Below, one piece after another: positions 27,681-37,607 of a stretch of DNA of 56,452 bases (its first letter is position 1; each line of letters opens with the position of its first letter). Source of the stretch: Cyclobacteriaceae bacterium (GTDB lineage: Bacteria; Bacteroidota; Bacteroidia; Cytophagales; Cyclobacteriaceae); the NCBI GenBank assembly GCA_036525835.1, contig DATCZR010000138.1, positions 1-56,452 of the forward strand, read 5' to 3'. The notes beneath the pieces are model-generated. The model made no database searches. It was not told where the DNA came from and saw nothing but the letters and a program-made list of their open reading frames with translations. A program made the translations under genes and the position numbers.

Positions 27681-28663
27681 GTAGGTAGTCTTTGCGCCTC
27701 TTTGATCAACTCATCTTTATTAATCGGCACTACACCAGTATGCTCGCAAACTAAGCCTCCACCCAGATTAGATAAAGCTGCTATCAGTCCGGGTTCCAGG
27801 TCAAGGGCTACACATAAACCAGCGATGCTCACTACGGTGTCTCCAGCCCCAGACACATCGGCAATCTCTCTGGTGTGCGCAGCTAATTTCAGTTTACTGG
27901 ATTTGTAATCGATATAAACACCACGCTCGGAGAGCGTCAACATGACTCCAGCATTGAGTTGCTTCCTTAAAATGCCAACGGCCTTTTCAACTTGTGACTG
28001 ATCTCCTCCATCGATATCCAATTTCAACCCTTCTCGGAGCTCCTTAAGATTAGGCTTAAATAAAGTCACTCCATTATAGGCCATAAAATTCCTTTTCTTC
28101 GGATCAACGATGATTGGAATTCCCTTTTTGTTGGCCATCGCTACCGTCTTTGCAATCAGGCTCGCGTTGATTACCCCCTTGTCGTAATCCTCAAAAATAA
28201 TCGCATTGCATTTTGGAATCAGCATTTCAATTTGTTTGAGCAATTCATGCTCTTCATCCTTTACGAGTTCCTGATCCGATTCATCATCTACCCTCACCAC
28301 ATGCTGATGGCTGGCTATAATCCTTGTTTTAATAGTTGTGGGCCTGTTTTTACTAACTACTATACCTTCCCGGCTCATGTTTTGTTGATCAAGGCATTCT
28401 AGCAGTTTATTCCCTGGGTCATCTTCTCCAACTAACGCACATAAAACAGGTTTTGCGCCCAAGGCTTGAATATTCAAAGCTACATTGGCGGCACCTCCTA
28501 ATCTGTAATCTCTTTTCTTCACACGCACAATAGGTACTGGCGCCTCCGGAGAAACACGATCCACATGACCCCAGATATAACTGTCGAGCATGATATCACC
28601 AATTACCAGAACGGTGAGTTTATTAAAAGCTTCAAATACTTCTTCCAGCGATTGGTAATTCAT
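27677..28663 (-). CDS. rfaE1: D-glycero-beta-D-manno-heptose-7-phosphate kinase (RfaE/HldE kinase domain)
   Basis: GDIMLD, RVSPEAPVP, GGAANVA, DYDKG, DVSGAGDT. Start moved to ATG 28663 (MNYQS), coupled to the aspC stop. Confidence 0.9.
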   Translation of the reverse strand: MNYQSLEEVFEAFNKLTVLVIGDIMLDSYIWGHVDRVSPEAPVPIVRVKKRDYRLGGAANVALNIQALGAKPVLCALVGEDDPGNKLLECLDQQNMSREGIVVSKNRPTTIKTRIIASHQHVVRVDDESDQELVKDEEHELLKQIEMLIPKCNAIIFEDYDKGVINASLIAKTVAMANKKGIPIIVDPKKRNFMAYNGVTLFKPNLKELREGLKLDIDGGDQSQVEKAVGILRKQLNAGVMLTLSERGVYIDYKSSKLKLAAHTREIADVSGAGDTVVSIAGLCVALDLEPGLIAALSNLGGGLVCEHTGVVPINKDELIKEAQRLPT

Positions 28664-29862
28664 TATTTCAAGCGCGATAAAGCTTCCTTCATTCTCTTCA
28701 AAGCCTCGGTTAACTCTTTTTCTGAAGCTGCATAGGATAGTCTGACACAATTTTCTTCACCAAAAGCACCGCCAGCTACTAACGATACATGAGCATTGTC
28801 CAGAATGTAAACGCAAAAATCCTCCCCATTGGCAATAGTATTTTTACCATCTGACTTGCCGTAGTAATCACTTACATCGGGGAAAAAATAGAAAGCACCT
28901 TGCGGATAGTTGGCCTTGATCCCTGGAATTTCTTTCAACAAGCTGTAAACCAGATCCCTTCTCTTCTTATACTCCTTTACCATATCTTCGGTGGGGGTCA
29001 AGTCACCGGTTATTGCCGCCAGCGCTGCACGCTGTGCAATGGAGCAATTGGCTGAAGTAAGCTGCCCTTGCACTTTGTTGCTTCCATTGGCAATCCATTT
29101 AGGCGCAGCGATATACCCCACACGCCAACCCGTCATTGCAAATCCCTTTGCAAAACCATTCACAGTTATGGTTCTGTCAAACATGCCGGGCAACGAAGCA
29201 ATACTGGTATTACCTCCGGCATAGTTAATATGCTCATAAATCTCATCAGCAATCACTAAAACATTTTCATGCTTCAACACCACTTTTGAAATGGCTTCCA
29301 ATTCCTCCTTACTAAAAACCGAACCAGTTGGATTGCAGGGAGACGAAAAGATAATTGCCCTGGTTTTTGAGGTTATCGCTTTTTCAACTTGGGCTGCTGT
29401 AACTTTAAAATCGTTCTCCAACGTACCTTTCACCATTACAGGAGTTGCTTCAGCCAATCGCACCAAGGCATCATAGCTTACCCAATAAGGTGAGAAAACA
29501 ATCACCTCATCTCCCGGATTAAGCAAAGCAATCATCACATTGGCAATGGACTGCTTCGCACCATTGGACACCACTATGTTTTCAGCCTTATAAGGAACAT
29601 TATTCTCCTTCGCATACTTATTTGCTATCGCTTCTCTAAGATCAGCATAACCCGCTACCGGAGGATAGGCAAAATACCTTCCATCATCGATAGCCTTTTT
29701 GGCAGCATCACAAACATGTTGGGGTGTTTTGAAATCGGGCTCGCCCAGACTGAGGCTGATTACATCAATACCTCTGGATTTATACTCCCTGGCTTTGGCG
29801 GCCATGGCCAGAGTTGCTGATTCCTCGATGGCCTCAATTCTGTCGGAAAGCGTTTCTTTCAT
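28663..29862 (-). CDS. aspC: Aspartate aminotransferase (class I PLP-dependent)
   Basis: LGEPDF, SPCNPTG, DEIY, GFAKGFAMTGWRVG. Start at ATG 29862 (MKETLS). Confidence 0.88.
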   Translation of the reverse strand: MKETLSDRIEAIEESATLAMAAKAREYKSRGIDVISLSLGEPDFKTPQHVCDAAKKAIDDGRYFAYPPVAGYADLREAIANKYAKENNVPYKAENIVVSNGAKQSIANVMIALLNPGDEVIVFSPYWVSYDALVRLAEATPVMVKGTLENDFKVTAAQVEKAITSKTRAIIFSSPCNPTGSVFSKEELEAISKVVLKHENVLVIADEIYEHINYAGGNTSIASLPGMFDRTITVNGFAKGFAMTGWRVGYIAAPKWIANGSNKVQGQLTSANCSIAQRAALAAITGDLTPTEDMVKEYKKRRDLVYSLLKEIPGIKANYPQGAFYFFPDVSDYYGKSDGKNTIANGEDFCVYILDNAHVSLVAGGAFGEENCVRLSYAASEKELTEALKRMKEALSRLK

Positions 29863-29975
29863 ATTTGCTATGCTTATAAATGCGTTCCGCAAAGAAAATC
29901 ATATATATCAAGAACAGAAACCTCTATTTGGAGATTTATAGGGCTAATTAAAGACGAATCCAAATATATGAAATG

Positions 29976-29996
29976 GCAGCCTACCACATAGGCTGC
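29976..29996 (-). terminator. Hairpin downstream of recR, possible terminator
   Basis: GCAGCCTA-CCACA-TAGGCTGC with only a weak U tract. Confidence 0.45.
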
Positions 29997-30019
29997 TTCC
30001 TGATGCGGAAAGCAAGCAA

Positions 30020-30622
30020 CTACCCAAAGAGTGTCCTACCAAGAATACTTCTACCCAGAGTTATCTCATCGGCATATTCCAGGTCGCCACCAATGGGTAT
30101 GCCTCTTGCAATGGTACTGAGCTTGAGGGGAAATTCCTTTAATCTTTTGCTTACATAGAAAGCAGTAGTGTCGCCCTCCATGGTAGGACTCAGCGCCAAA
30201 ATTACTTCCTTGATTTCTTTAAGCGCCACACGTTGCAATAGAGTTTCGATTTTGAGTTCAGATGGCCCGATGCCATTCATAGGCGAAATGACACCACCCA
30301 GTACATGATATAATCCAGAATACTGTGATGTGTTTTCTATTGCCAATACGTCAACCGTTTCTTCCACTACACAAACAATACTTCGATCCCTTCGGTGGCT
30401 TCGACAAATGTAACATTCCTCATGATCGGAAATATTATGACAATGCTTACAGAAAACTATGTTGGATCTGAGTTTACTAAGCGATTCAGTAAGTGCGATT
30501 GTTCGGCCCTCGTTTTCTTTGATGAGATGAAGTACCAATCGAAGCGCTGTCTTCTTTCCAATGCCTGGCAACTTAGACACTTCATTAACAGCTTCTTCAA
30601 TAAGCTTAGAGGGATATTCCAT
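30020..30622 (-). CDS. recR: Recombination mediator RecR
   Basis: LPGIGKKTALRL, C4 zinc finger, YHVLGG, EGDTTA, LEYADEITL. Confidence 0.97.
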   Translation of the reverse strand: MEYPSKLIEEAVNEVSKLPGIGKKTALRLVLHLIKENEGRTIALTESLSKLRSNIVFCKHCHNISDHEECYICRSHRRDRSIVCVVEETVDVLAIENTSQYSGLYHVLGGVISPMNGIGPSELKIETLLQRVALKEIKEVILALSPTMEGDTTAFYVSKRLKEFPLKLSTIARGIPIGGDLEYADEITLGRSILGRTLFG

Positions 30623-30637
30623 GTTGATTCAGCCCGG

Positions 30638-30913
30638 TTAAAGTATTTTAGCGTCAATTCCCTGCTCACAAATCGCCTGACGCATAGGCTGGAGCTCTTC
30701 GAAAGGCCCTGTCTTCACCGCACATTTTCCCTTGTAATGAATGATCCACGTACATTGTTCCGCCTGTTCAGGAGAATGCTTGCACACACGAATCAAAGTT
30801 TGGATCACATGCCCGAATGTGTTGAACTCATCATTAAACACTACCAAGTCCTTGGCATCTGTTGTCTCAACGGATTCCAGAACTTCAACCAGTCCTTGTT
30901 CCTTATGTGACAT
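30638..30913 (-). CDS. clpS: ATP-dependent Clp protease adaptor
   Basis: VFNDEFNTFGHV, QAEQC..IHYKGKC. Start could also be 30919. Confidence 0.9.
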   Translation of the reverse strand: MSHKEQGLVEVLESVETTDAKDLVVFNDEFNTFGHVIQTLIRVCKHSPEQAEQCTWIIHYKGKCAVKTGPFEELQPMRQAICEQGIDAKIL

Positions 30914-31026
30914 TTTCATAACCACTTCTATTCAGCTCATCATTCAACCGATCTATTAATCATCGATTTTCTCTTTCCAGTTTCAAAAGTAAAAAAAATT
31001 AACAAGTTTTAGCGTTTACAATCGCT

Positions 31027-32481
31027 ATGAGTCCTACCCTAGTCCTTATTATTCTCCTTTCTTATTTTTCTATTTTGATAGCTATATCCGTTGTTACCTC
31101 CAAAGGAGCCACATCGGATACTTTTTTTACAGCTAATCGCCAGTCACCGTGGTACCTTGTTGCCTATGGTATGATAGGAGCGTCACTTTCTGGTGTGACC
31201 TTTATCTCTGTGCCAGCCAACGTAGGCAATACTTCCTTCTCCTACTTTCAGGTAGTACTCGGATACCTGGTGGGCTATTGGGTGATCATTGGCATACTGA
31301 TGCCACTGTATTACAAACTGAATTTAATTTCTATTTATACATACCTGGAACAAAGATTTGATCGAATCTCTTACAAAACAGGTTCTTTTTTTTTCCTGCT
31401 TTCCCGATCTATGGGTTCTTCCTTGCGTCTCTTTTTAGCTGCTTCTGTGCTTCAAATATTTCTCTTCGATGCCTGGGATATACCTTTTTTTGTTACCGTG
31501 GTGATTACCATCTTTTTTATATGGATTTATACCTTTCGAGGTGGCATCAAAACTATTGTATGGACAGACACTTTTCAAACGACATTTCTCGTATTGGCCG
31601 TAGTGATCTCGGTTATACTCATTGCCCAACGTCTTGATTTGGGTTTCGGTAGCCTCATCAGTATGGTTTTCGAAAGCGACTATTCACGCATCTTCTTTTT
31701 TGACGACCCCAAAAGCACCTTATTTTTTCCTAAACAATTTTTTGGAGGTGCCTTCATTGCCATCACCATGACAGGGATGGATCAGGACCTGATGCAAAAA
31801 AACCTGACCTGTAGAAATTTAGCCGATGCCCAAAAGAACATGTTCTGGTTAAGCAGCACTTTGGTCATTGTTAATCTGCTATTTCTGGTTTTGGGTGCAT
31901 TGTTATACATATACAGCACTGAGTTTAGTATTCAACTCCCGGCAGTAAGTGACGAATTGTTTCCCATGTTGGCCTTTAATGAATTTGGACTATTGGCCGC
32001 TGTGCTCTTTTTACTTGGAATTACCGCATCTACTTACGCCAGTTCAGATTCCGCCTTGGCGGCATTGACAACCTCATTTTGTATCGACTTTCTCAATTTC
32101 AAGAACAAGCCGGAAGTAATTAAGCAGAAGCAAAAGAATATCGTCCATGTAGGATTCTCTATTCTGTTTTTAATCATCATACTAATTTTCAAAGAAGTCA
32201 ACGAACGATCTTTAATAGATGCTGTGCTGATGATTGCCGGGTATACCTATGGGCCGCTTTTGGGATTATTTGCATTTGGCGTTTTTACGAAAAGAACGGT
32301 AAACGGAAAGCTAGTACCCATCGTATGTTTGCTGTCTCCGTTCATTTGTTATCTGCTGGTAATTAACGCTCCACGACTATTCAATGGATATCAAATTGGA
32401 ATCGAAAATTTGATCATCAATGGTTTACTTACTTGCCTTGGTCTATTTCTAATTAGCAAAAAAGAAAAAGCCACTCAATGA
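31027..32481 (+). CDS. Sodium:solute symporter
   Basis: SLSGVTFISVP, YTYLEQRF, GGIKTIVWTDTFQ, many TM segments. Confidence 0.92.
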   Translation: MSPTLVLIILLSYFSILIAISVVTSKGATSDTFFTANRQSPWYLVAYGMIGASLSGVTFISVPANVGNTSFSYFQVVLGYLVGYWVIIGILMPLYYKLNLISIYTYLEQRFDRISYKTGSFFFLLSRSMGSSLRLFLAASVLQIFLFDAWDIPFFVTVVITIFFIWIYTFRGGIKTIVWTDTFQTTFLVLAVVISVILIAQRLDLGFGSLISMVFESDYSRIFFFDDPKSTLFFPKQFFGGAFIAITMTGMDQDLMQKNLTCRNLADAQKNMFWLSSTLVIVNLLFLVLGALLYIYSTEFSIQLPAVSDELFPMLAFNEFGLLAAVLFLLGITASTYASSDSALAALTTSFCIDFLNFKNKPEVIKQKQKNIVHVGFSILFLIIILIFKEVNERSLIDAVLMIAGYTYGPLLGLFAFGVFTKRTVNGKLVPIVCLLSPFICYLLVINAPRLFNGYQIGIENLIINGLLTCLGLFLISKKEKATQ

Positions 32482-32547
32482 GCGGCATGAAAATGAGCTG
32501 TTATGTATCCCGTTAATCCAAGATTGGTAATTTTTGCTAGGTACCGT

Positions 32548-32895
32548 TTAGCCAAGTTCTTTATAAGGATCCCAAAATACTTCTGAGAAATTTTGAATTT
32601 GATGTTTCTTCACTTTAATACCTTCCTTTTCGAGTCGCTGTTGCATGGTATGAGGAGTCTTAAAGTGAAAGCGGCCTGTAAGCAGCCCTGTTCTATTCAC
32701 CACACGATGGGCAGGAATTGTTTTGTCATTATGGGAAGCATTCATGGCCCATCCAACCATTCGCGCACTCATTTTAGTGCCTAGGTAAGCTGCTATTGCC
32801 CCATAACTGGTTGCTCTTCCCTTTGGTATTAATCTGACTACGTCATACACGTCTGCAAAAAAATTATTGCCTTTGGTAGGTGGTTTACGCTTCAT
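32548..32895 (-). CDS. Alkyltransferase-like (MGMT family) protein lacking the catalytic Cys
   Basis: IPKGRATSYGAIA, ARMVG, PAHRVV in place of PCHRV. Confidence 0.88.
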   Translation of the reverse strand: MKRKPPTKGNNFFADVYDVVRLIPKGRATSYGAIAAYLGTKMSARMVGWAMNASHNDKTIPAHRVVNRTGLLTGRFHFKTPHTMQQRLEKEGIKVKKHQIQNFSEVFWDPYKELG

Positions 32896-32987
32896 CTTTG
32901 CCCAATATCAAATTACTCAGTTTGAAATTAGGTGATTATGGGGTGTAGAAATAATGGAGCCGTTAAATTTGCCACTCAAATACAAAA

Positions 32988-34511
32988 ATGAGACAGACCT
33001 TTCTATTGTTATTTACACTTACAGCCCTCAATGGAATGGGGCAGGATCTGGTTTTCCCATTTCAATATGGCTGGAATATCCTTTCTGAAGGCGACAACCT
33101 GAGGTTTCAGCTCAGCGTGAGAGACACCATCCCCCCCAAGTATTTTCGAATGGAGGGGGTAGAGTCTACAGGAATTCATTTTGATACGCTGGGTCACTTC
33201 CAATGGCAACCATCTTACGACCTGGTAAGCCGACTTAACAAACAAAAAGACTTCAGTGTCATTTTTGAAGCATATTGGTCAAGCGAAAAAAAAGTGAGAA
33301 CTCCGATTACATTCACCATTTTACATAAAAATCGTCCTCCTACCATTGAAGAACTCCCTATTGTATACATTAAAATGGCATCGAATAATTCATTTCAAAT
33401 TCCCGCAGAGTACGCCAGAGATCCGGATGGAGATCCCATTACTTTTCGAGCGTTAGCCGAAAATCTCCCACAAGGCGCTAATCTTAGTTCATTAGGATTG
33501 TTTACCTGGACATCTTCACGCACCCAGTTCTATTCACTAAAAGATCAACCATTGACCATCGAATTTATAGTTGAAGACCAACCCGATAAAGCAGCAGCCA
33601 AAGGCAAATTAAAAATTGCGCAAACGCAAATGGATTTGCCGCCAGAATTATTGCTGGTTCCAGGCGACAGCCTAATATCTGTAAAAGAAAATGAATTGGT
33701 TAATCTGAAAATTTATGTGTCTGATCCGAATGGAGATGATAACGTTGCTGAGGTGGGTTTTGTAAGTTCTGATCCATCCATTCCAGTAACCAGTTTCAAA
33801 AAGAATACGAAAGTGCAAGCTGAATTTATTTGGAAACCAGATTATGAATATGTGAGCGAAGTGATGGGAAATAAACAAATTGACATTACCTTCTACGCCT
33901 TTGACAACGCCAACAATCGAGTAGAGCGCAGAGTTAAAATCAATGTAGCCGATACCGAAAATATTGATGAGTTGGATAGACTTGCTTTTATTAAATACCG
34001 AAACTCACTGATTCAGGCCAAAGGTCTAATTGATATCCTGGATGAAAATTATGAAGCCCTTTCAAAAGCATATAAGAAAGCAAAACGGGGTAAGAAAAAC
34101 AGGGCCTTAATTAATGCCGGGCTTGGAGCTACAACTGGTCTTTCCCCAGTGGTGTTAGCTACAGATCAATCCAAAGTAGTGTCAGCCATTGGGGGCACAA
34201 CTGTGCTAACACTTGGCACGCTAGAGGCGACAGAACTACTTGGAAAATCTAAGTCAGATATTCTGGAAAAGATGAAGATCAATGTGGAAATCAGAAACCA
34301 GCTGCAAATGGCTGGAGATAATTTCGCGAGAAAATATGCCTTAAAATCTAGCCGAAGAAGCCAGGAGATGGACATCGACAGGGACAAAATGCTGCCGATC
34401 ATCAACAACCAAAAATTAGTTATTCTGGAGATAGATGCCAGCAAGCCGAGCTACCAAGACTATAGTAGCAAAGAACTAAAGAAAACCTTTCCTGATTTTG
34501 GTCCGGAGTAG
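32988..34511 (+). CDS. Exported protein with Ig/cadherin-like repeats and a helical C-terminal domain
   Basis: Signal peptide, NRPP..DPDGDPITF..LPQGA..GLFTW and SDPNGD..FIWKP repeats. TAAATTTG promoter element at 32964-32971. Confidence 0.7.
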   Translation: MRQTFLLLFTLTALNGMGQDLVFPFQYGWNILSEGDNLRFQLSVRDTIPPKYFRMEGVESTGIHFDTLGHFQWQPSYDLVSRLNKQKDFSVIFEAYWSSEKKVRTPITFTILHKNRPPTIEELPIVYIKMASNNSFQIPAEYARDPDGDPITFRALAENLPQGANLSSLGLFTWTSSRTQFYSLKDQPLTIEFIVEDQPDKAAAKGKLKIAQTQMDLPPELLLVPGDSLISVKENELVNLKIYVSDPNGDDNVAEVGFVSSDPSIPVTSFKKNTKVQAEFIWKPDYEYVSEVMGNKQIDITFYAFDNANNRVERRVKINVADTENIDELDRLAFIKYRNSLIQAKGLIDILDENYEALSKAYKKAKRGKKNRALINAGLGATTGLSPVVLATDQSKVVSAIGGTTVLTLGTLEATELLGKSKSDILEKMKINVEIRNQLQMAGDNFARKYALKSSRRSQEMDIDRDKMLPIINNQKLVILEIDASKPSYQDYSSKELKKTFPDFGPE

Positions 34512-34522
34512 CCATCGACTTC

Positions 34523-34553
34523 TTTGGTGAAAACGAATTATCAATTACTTTTG
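34523..34553 (+). promoter_or_regulatory. Bacteroidota sigma70 promoter of tRNA-Ser
   Basis: TTTG at 34523-34526, 19-nt spacer, TACTTTTG at 34546-34553. Confidence 0.7.
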
Positions 34554-34601
34554 CCGTCCCATCCGCGCTCGGGTTATGCATTCGAGTTTAAGGTTGGTCA
34601 C

Positions 34602-34686
34602 AGAGGAGTGGCAGAGCGGTCGAATGCGGCGGTCTTGAAAACCGTTGAACCGCAAGGTTCCGGGGGTTCGAATCCCTCCTCCTCTG
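34602..34686 (+). tRNA. tRNA-Ser(TGA)
   Basis: Acceptor AGAGGAG/CTCCTCT, anticodon loop CTTGAAA, long variable arm, GGTTCGAATCC T arm, G discriminator, no encoded CCA. Confidence 0.96.
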
Positions 34687-34696
34687 CAAACAAAGG

Positions 34697-34721
34697 CCCT
34701 GACCCTAGTCAGGGTTTTTTT
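34697..34721 (+). terminator. Intrinsic terminator after tRNA-Ser
   Basis: CCCTGAC-CCTA-GTCAGGG-TTTTTTT. Confidence 0.9.
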
Positions 34722-34833
34722 GTTTCCGAACGAAACTGAAACGAAGCTTCTAAGTCGAGGAGAAGAAATAAAAAATTCGAGCAGAGCGAGGAAGCCTTTG
34801 AATGATACTCCCCCTTAAGGGGTCATGCATCAT

Positions 34834-34887
34834 AATACCTCCTCTCTGAAAGATCAAAAATGAAAACCCCTGCAAAACTGGGGTTTT
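34834..34887 (+). repeat. Degenerate copy of the tRNA-Ser 3' end followed by a second hairpin
   Basis: AATACCTCCTCTCTG (34834-34848) versus AATCCCTCCTCCTCTG (34671-34686); hairpin AAAACCCC/GGGGTTTT at 34863-34887. Confidence 0.45.
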
Positions 34888-35026
34888 GTTGAGTTTGGGC
34901 CCGAGTGGAACACTTCGTTTCAGCACGGGAATAAAGTCAACAAAAAAAGGGTAGCAAAATCTCCTTTCTGAAGCTAACACCCTGCCGTCAGGATCACACC
35001 AATAGCTTGGATATTATCTCTTCAAC

Positions 35027-36043
35027 TTAATTTGTTGTCTCAGTATTTTCGCTTTCTAGATTGGTAATTCGCATCTGCCGTTTATGCAATTCGATGGCCT
35101 CTATTTTTATTCCATGGTGAAGGCTGGCATTAACTTCATACCCAAAAAGAAGAACCATTGTAATTAATTGCACCCAAATCATTAAAGCGATTAACACACC
35201 AATGGAACCATAAACCTTATTATAAGTGCCAAAATTGGTGATGTAAAAGGAAAAGCCGTAGGAAATACCTAATGAACCTAGCGTAGCAAGAAATGAACCG
35301 ATTGAAAAAAAACTCCAGTTATAATGGATAGCAGGACCAAAATAATAAATGAAGGAGATTGCTAAGAAAAAGACAACGAAAATAATTACAAATCTCAATC
35401 CCAATAGCATGTAGATGGAATACTCATCAAAGTTGTATTTACTTAGCTCTGATAAATTAATAGTAGCATAGTTGATTATAAATTGCCCCACAATCAAAAG
35501 AACTACCGCCAGCATCAATACCATGGCCAGCATAAACGTGAGCCCGGTGGCAGTAATTCGCATCTTAAAGCCACTCCTTCTTTCCACTGTTTGGTAACAC
35601 GCATTAAAAGCCCGCATCAAAGCCATCATCCCGTTGGTAGATAGATAAAGAGCAAACAAAAAACCAAATGTTAATAGCCCTCCGCGTTGATTACTGATAA
35701 TATCAAAGATGGTGGACGAAATAACCTCGTACATACTTGGAGGCATCATACCTCCTAAAAATTCCATTATTGAATTTCTGTTGACTTGCGGGAAGTACTG
35801 GGCTATGTACGGAGTAAGTGTAAAAAGAAAGATGATTGCTGGAAATATGGCCAGGATAAAATTATAGGCCACCCCGTTCGCGCGATTGATCAAATCATCT
35901 TTTTGAATATTCCCCAAAAAGATTTTAATGAACCGATAGAGGGATAAATTTTGATGCCGTTTGAATTTTACATTTTTCATCCAGCTCCTGATCAGGATCA
36001 GCGAGGGGAAACGTAAAATCCATTTTCTTATGGTAAAGTTCAT
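35027..36043 (-). CDS. YihY/virulence factor BrkB family membrane protein
   Basis: AYNFILAIFP, YNKVYGSIG..LMIW..GYEVNA. Confidence 0.9.
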   Translation of the reverse strand: MNFTIRKWILRFPSLILIRSWMKNVKFKRHQNLSLYRFIKIFLGNIQKDDLINRANGVAYNFILAIFPAIIFLFTLTPYIAQYFPQVNRNSIMEFLGGMMPPSMYEVISSTIFDIISNQRGGLLTFGFLFALYLSTNGMMALMRAFNACYQTVERRSGFKMRITATGLTFMLAMVLMLAVVLLIVGQFIINYATINLSELSKYNFDEYSIYMLLGLRFVIIFVVFFLAISFIYYFGPAIHYNWSFFSIGSFLATLGSLGISYGFSFYITNFGTYNKVYGSIGVLIALMIWVQLITMVLLFGYEVNASLHHGIKIEAIELHKRQMRITNLESENTETTN

Positions 36044-36447
36044 TTAAAAAATGGCTCCAGTACTTTGCTAAATTCCTCAGGTGGTCTACACGGCCGGCCA
36101 GTATTCTTGTTTACAAATGCGAGCAAGGTTTCTCCTTGATGCAATACTTTGCCTGATTCGCTATAAATCTCATATTCAAATTTAATACGAACACCAGGCT
36201 TTTCTCTAATAGTGGTAACTATTCTGAGGTTATCATCATAAACAGCTGGCGCCAAGAATTTTGATTTGTTTTCAAGTACCGGCATCATTACGCCTTTTTC
36301 TTCAAGCTCCTTATAAGTCATACCCAACTGGCGCAAGCTCTCCACACGCGCTACCTCAAAATAAGAAGCATAGTTGCCGTAATAAACGTATCCCATCTGG
36401 TCCGTTTCGCCATATCTAACTCTTAACACGGTTTCAGAAATGTACAT
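36040..36447 (-). CDS. Acyl-CoA thioesterase (YbgC/FadM family)
   Basis: RVRYGETDQMGYVYYGNYASYFEVAR. Confidence 0.92.
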   Translation of the reverse strand: MYISETVLRVRYGETDQMGYVYYGNYASYFEVARVESLRQLGMTYKELEEKGVMMPVLENKSKFLAPAVYDDNLRIVTTIREKPGVRIKFEYEIYSESGKVLHQGETLLAFVNKNTGRPCRPPEEFSKVLEPFFK

Positions 36448-37502
36448 TATTGATTACGTAAAGCCCTTCCTTTCCGCTGCTCAATGGTCAGGGTGCGCTG
36501 ATAGTTTCTAGCGTTAACCAAATGTTCCTTTAACGTAGAGGTGAAATTATGGTAGCCTGAAAAGTCCTCTTTGGCACACATGTATATGAAATTATGAGAC
36601 TCAGCGTTGAGCACAGCATCTATCGATGAGATCTGCGGCATATTTATTGGTCCGGGGGTCAATCCGGTATGTTTATACGTATTGTATGGTGAATCTACCT
36701 GCTTGTGCTCATTGAGGACTCTCTTTAAAGAAAAATCCCCTACGGCATACACAAGTGTAGGATCTGCCTGCAATGCAATATTCCTTTTCAATCTGTTTAA
36801 ATAAAGTCCAGCAATTTTTGGCGCTTCATCCTCTTTCACCGTTTCAGCCTGAACAATGGATGCCAGAATGGAAACTTCTATGGGGGAAAGTCCAATTTTC
36901 TCAGCCTTACTATTTCTCTCTGTATTCCAAAAAATATGAAACTCTCTATTCATACGCTGAATCAACTCATCAGGCGTGATATTGTAGTAAACCTCATAAG
37001 TATTTGGAATAAACATGCAAAGGATATTGTTTTTGTCAAATCCTTCATCGTTTTTATCAATGAACTTATTCAATGCGCTATAGAACTGCTCTGAACTGAT
37101 GCTTAGATTTTTTGTAATACGCTCTCCCAACTCGCTTGCTAATCTGACGTAAGAAAAAGTGACGTTCACCGGTTCTTGAATTCCTGCGCGCAACAATTTA
37201 ATTGCTTGCAGATTGGTCATGTTTCTGCTCAGGCGATATCGACCTGGTTTGATTGCTTTATCATAATCATACAGACGAGCTAAAAAACTAAATGAAACCA
37301 TATCATTGACAAACCGTCCACGGCCCAGATCTTCTTGCACTTGCCTAAAGGTCGCGCCAGATTTAATAACAAAAAGTTGATCATCACGATCAACCAGAAT
37401 GTTGGGTGTAAAAAATATTTGATACGCATAAAATGTAAAAGTGATCAGCAGGGTTGACCCCACCAGAAAGATGATCAGTTTCTTCTTTGGTACTTCCTTC
37501 AT
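36447..37502 (-). CDS. mltG: Endolytic transglycosylase
   Basis: Single TM anchor, LASIVQAE, NRL..LQADPT, SPYNTY..GL.PGPI. Start could also be 37511. Confidence 0.95.
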   Translation of the reverse strand: MKEVPKKKLIIFLVGSTLLITFTFYAYQIFFTPNILVDRDDQLFVIKSGATFRQVQEDLGRGRFVNDMVSFSFLARLYDYDKAIKPGRYRLSRNMTNLQAIKLLRAGIQEPVNVTFSYVRLASELGERITKNLSISSEQFYSALNKFIDKNDEGFDKNNILCMFIPNTYEVYYNITPDELIQRMNREFHIFWNTERNSKAEKIGLSPIEVSILASIVQAETVKEDEAPKIAGLYLNRLKRNIALQADPTLVYAVGDFSLKRVLNEHKQVDSPYNTYKHTGLTPGPINMPQISSIDAVLNAESHNFIYMCAKEDFSGYHNFTSTLKEHLVNARNYQRTLTIEQRKGRALRNQ

Positions 37503-37607
37503 GTCCTCCATAAATGAGCTCAAAATTACAAAATTTGAATTGTAGCCTATCCCATTATTTTTTCGAATTTAATATTACCTTAAGGCTGATTAACAATTTG
37601 ATTAATT

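Noticed and set aside
27677-28750. 87-nt overlap of rfaE1 with aspC, and the similar ribD/prmC overlap
   Set aside because: These are artefacts of longest-ORF start choice. Downstream ATGs (28663, 1053, 1090) give family-typical N-termini.
30395-30959. 171-aa and 72-aa plus-strand ORFs
   Set aside because: They are antisense shadows of recR and clpS. The same applies to the many other short nested ORFs in the track, such as 17764..18243 and 2771..3148.
34524-34980. 71-aa and 76-aa ORFs around tRNA-Ser
   Set aside because: One overlaps the tRNA and the other spans hairpin-rich non-coding DNA. Neither has protein-like features.
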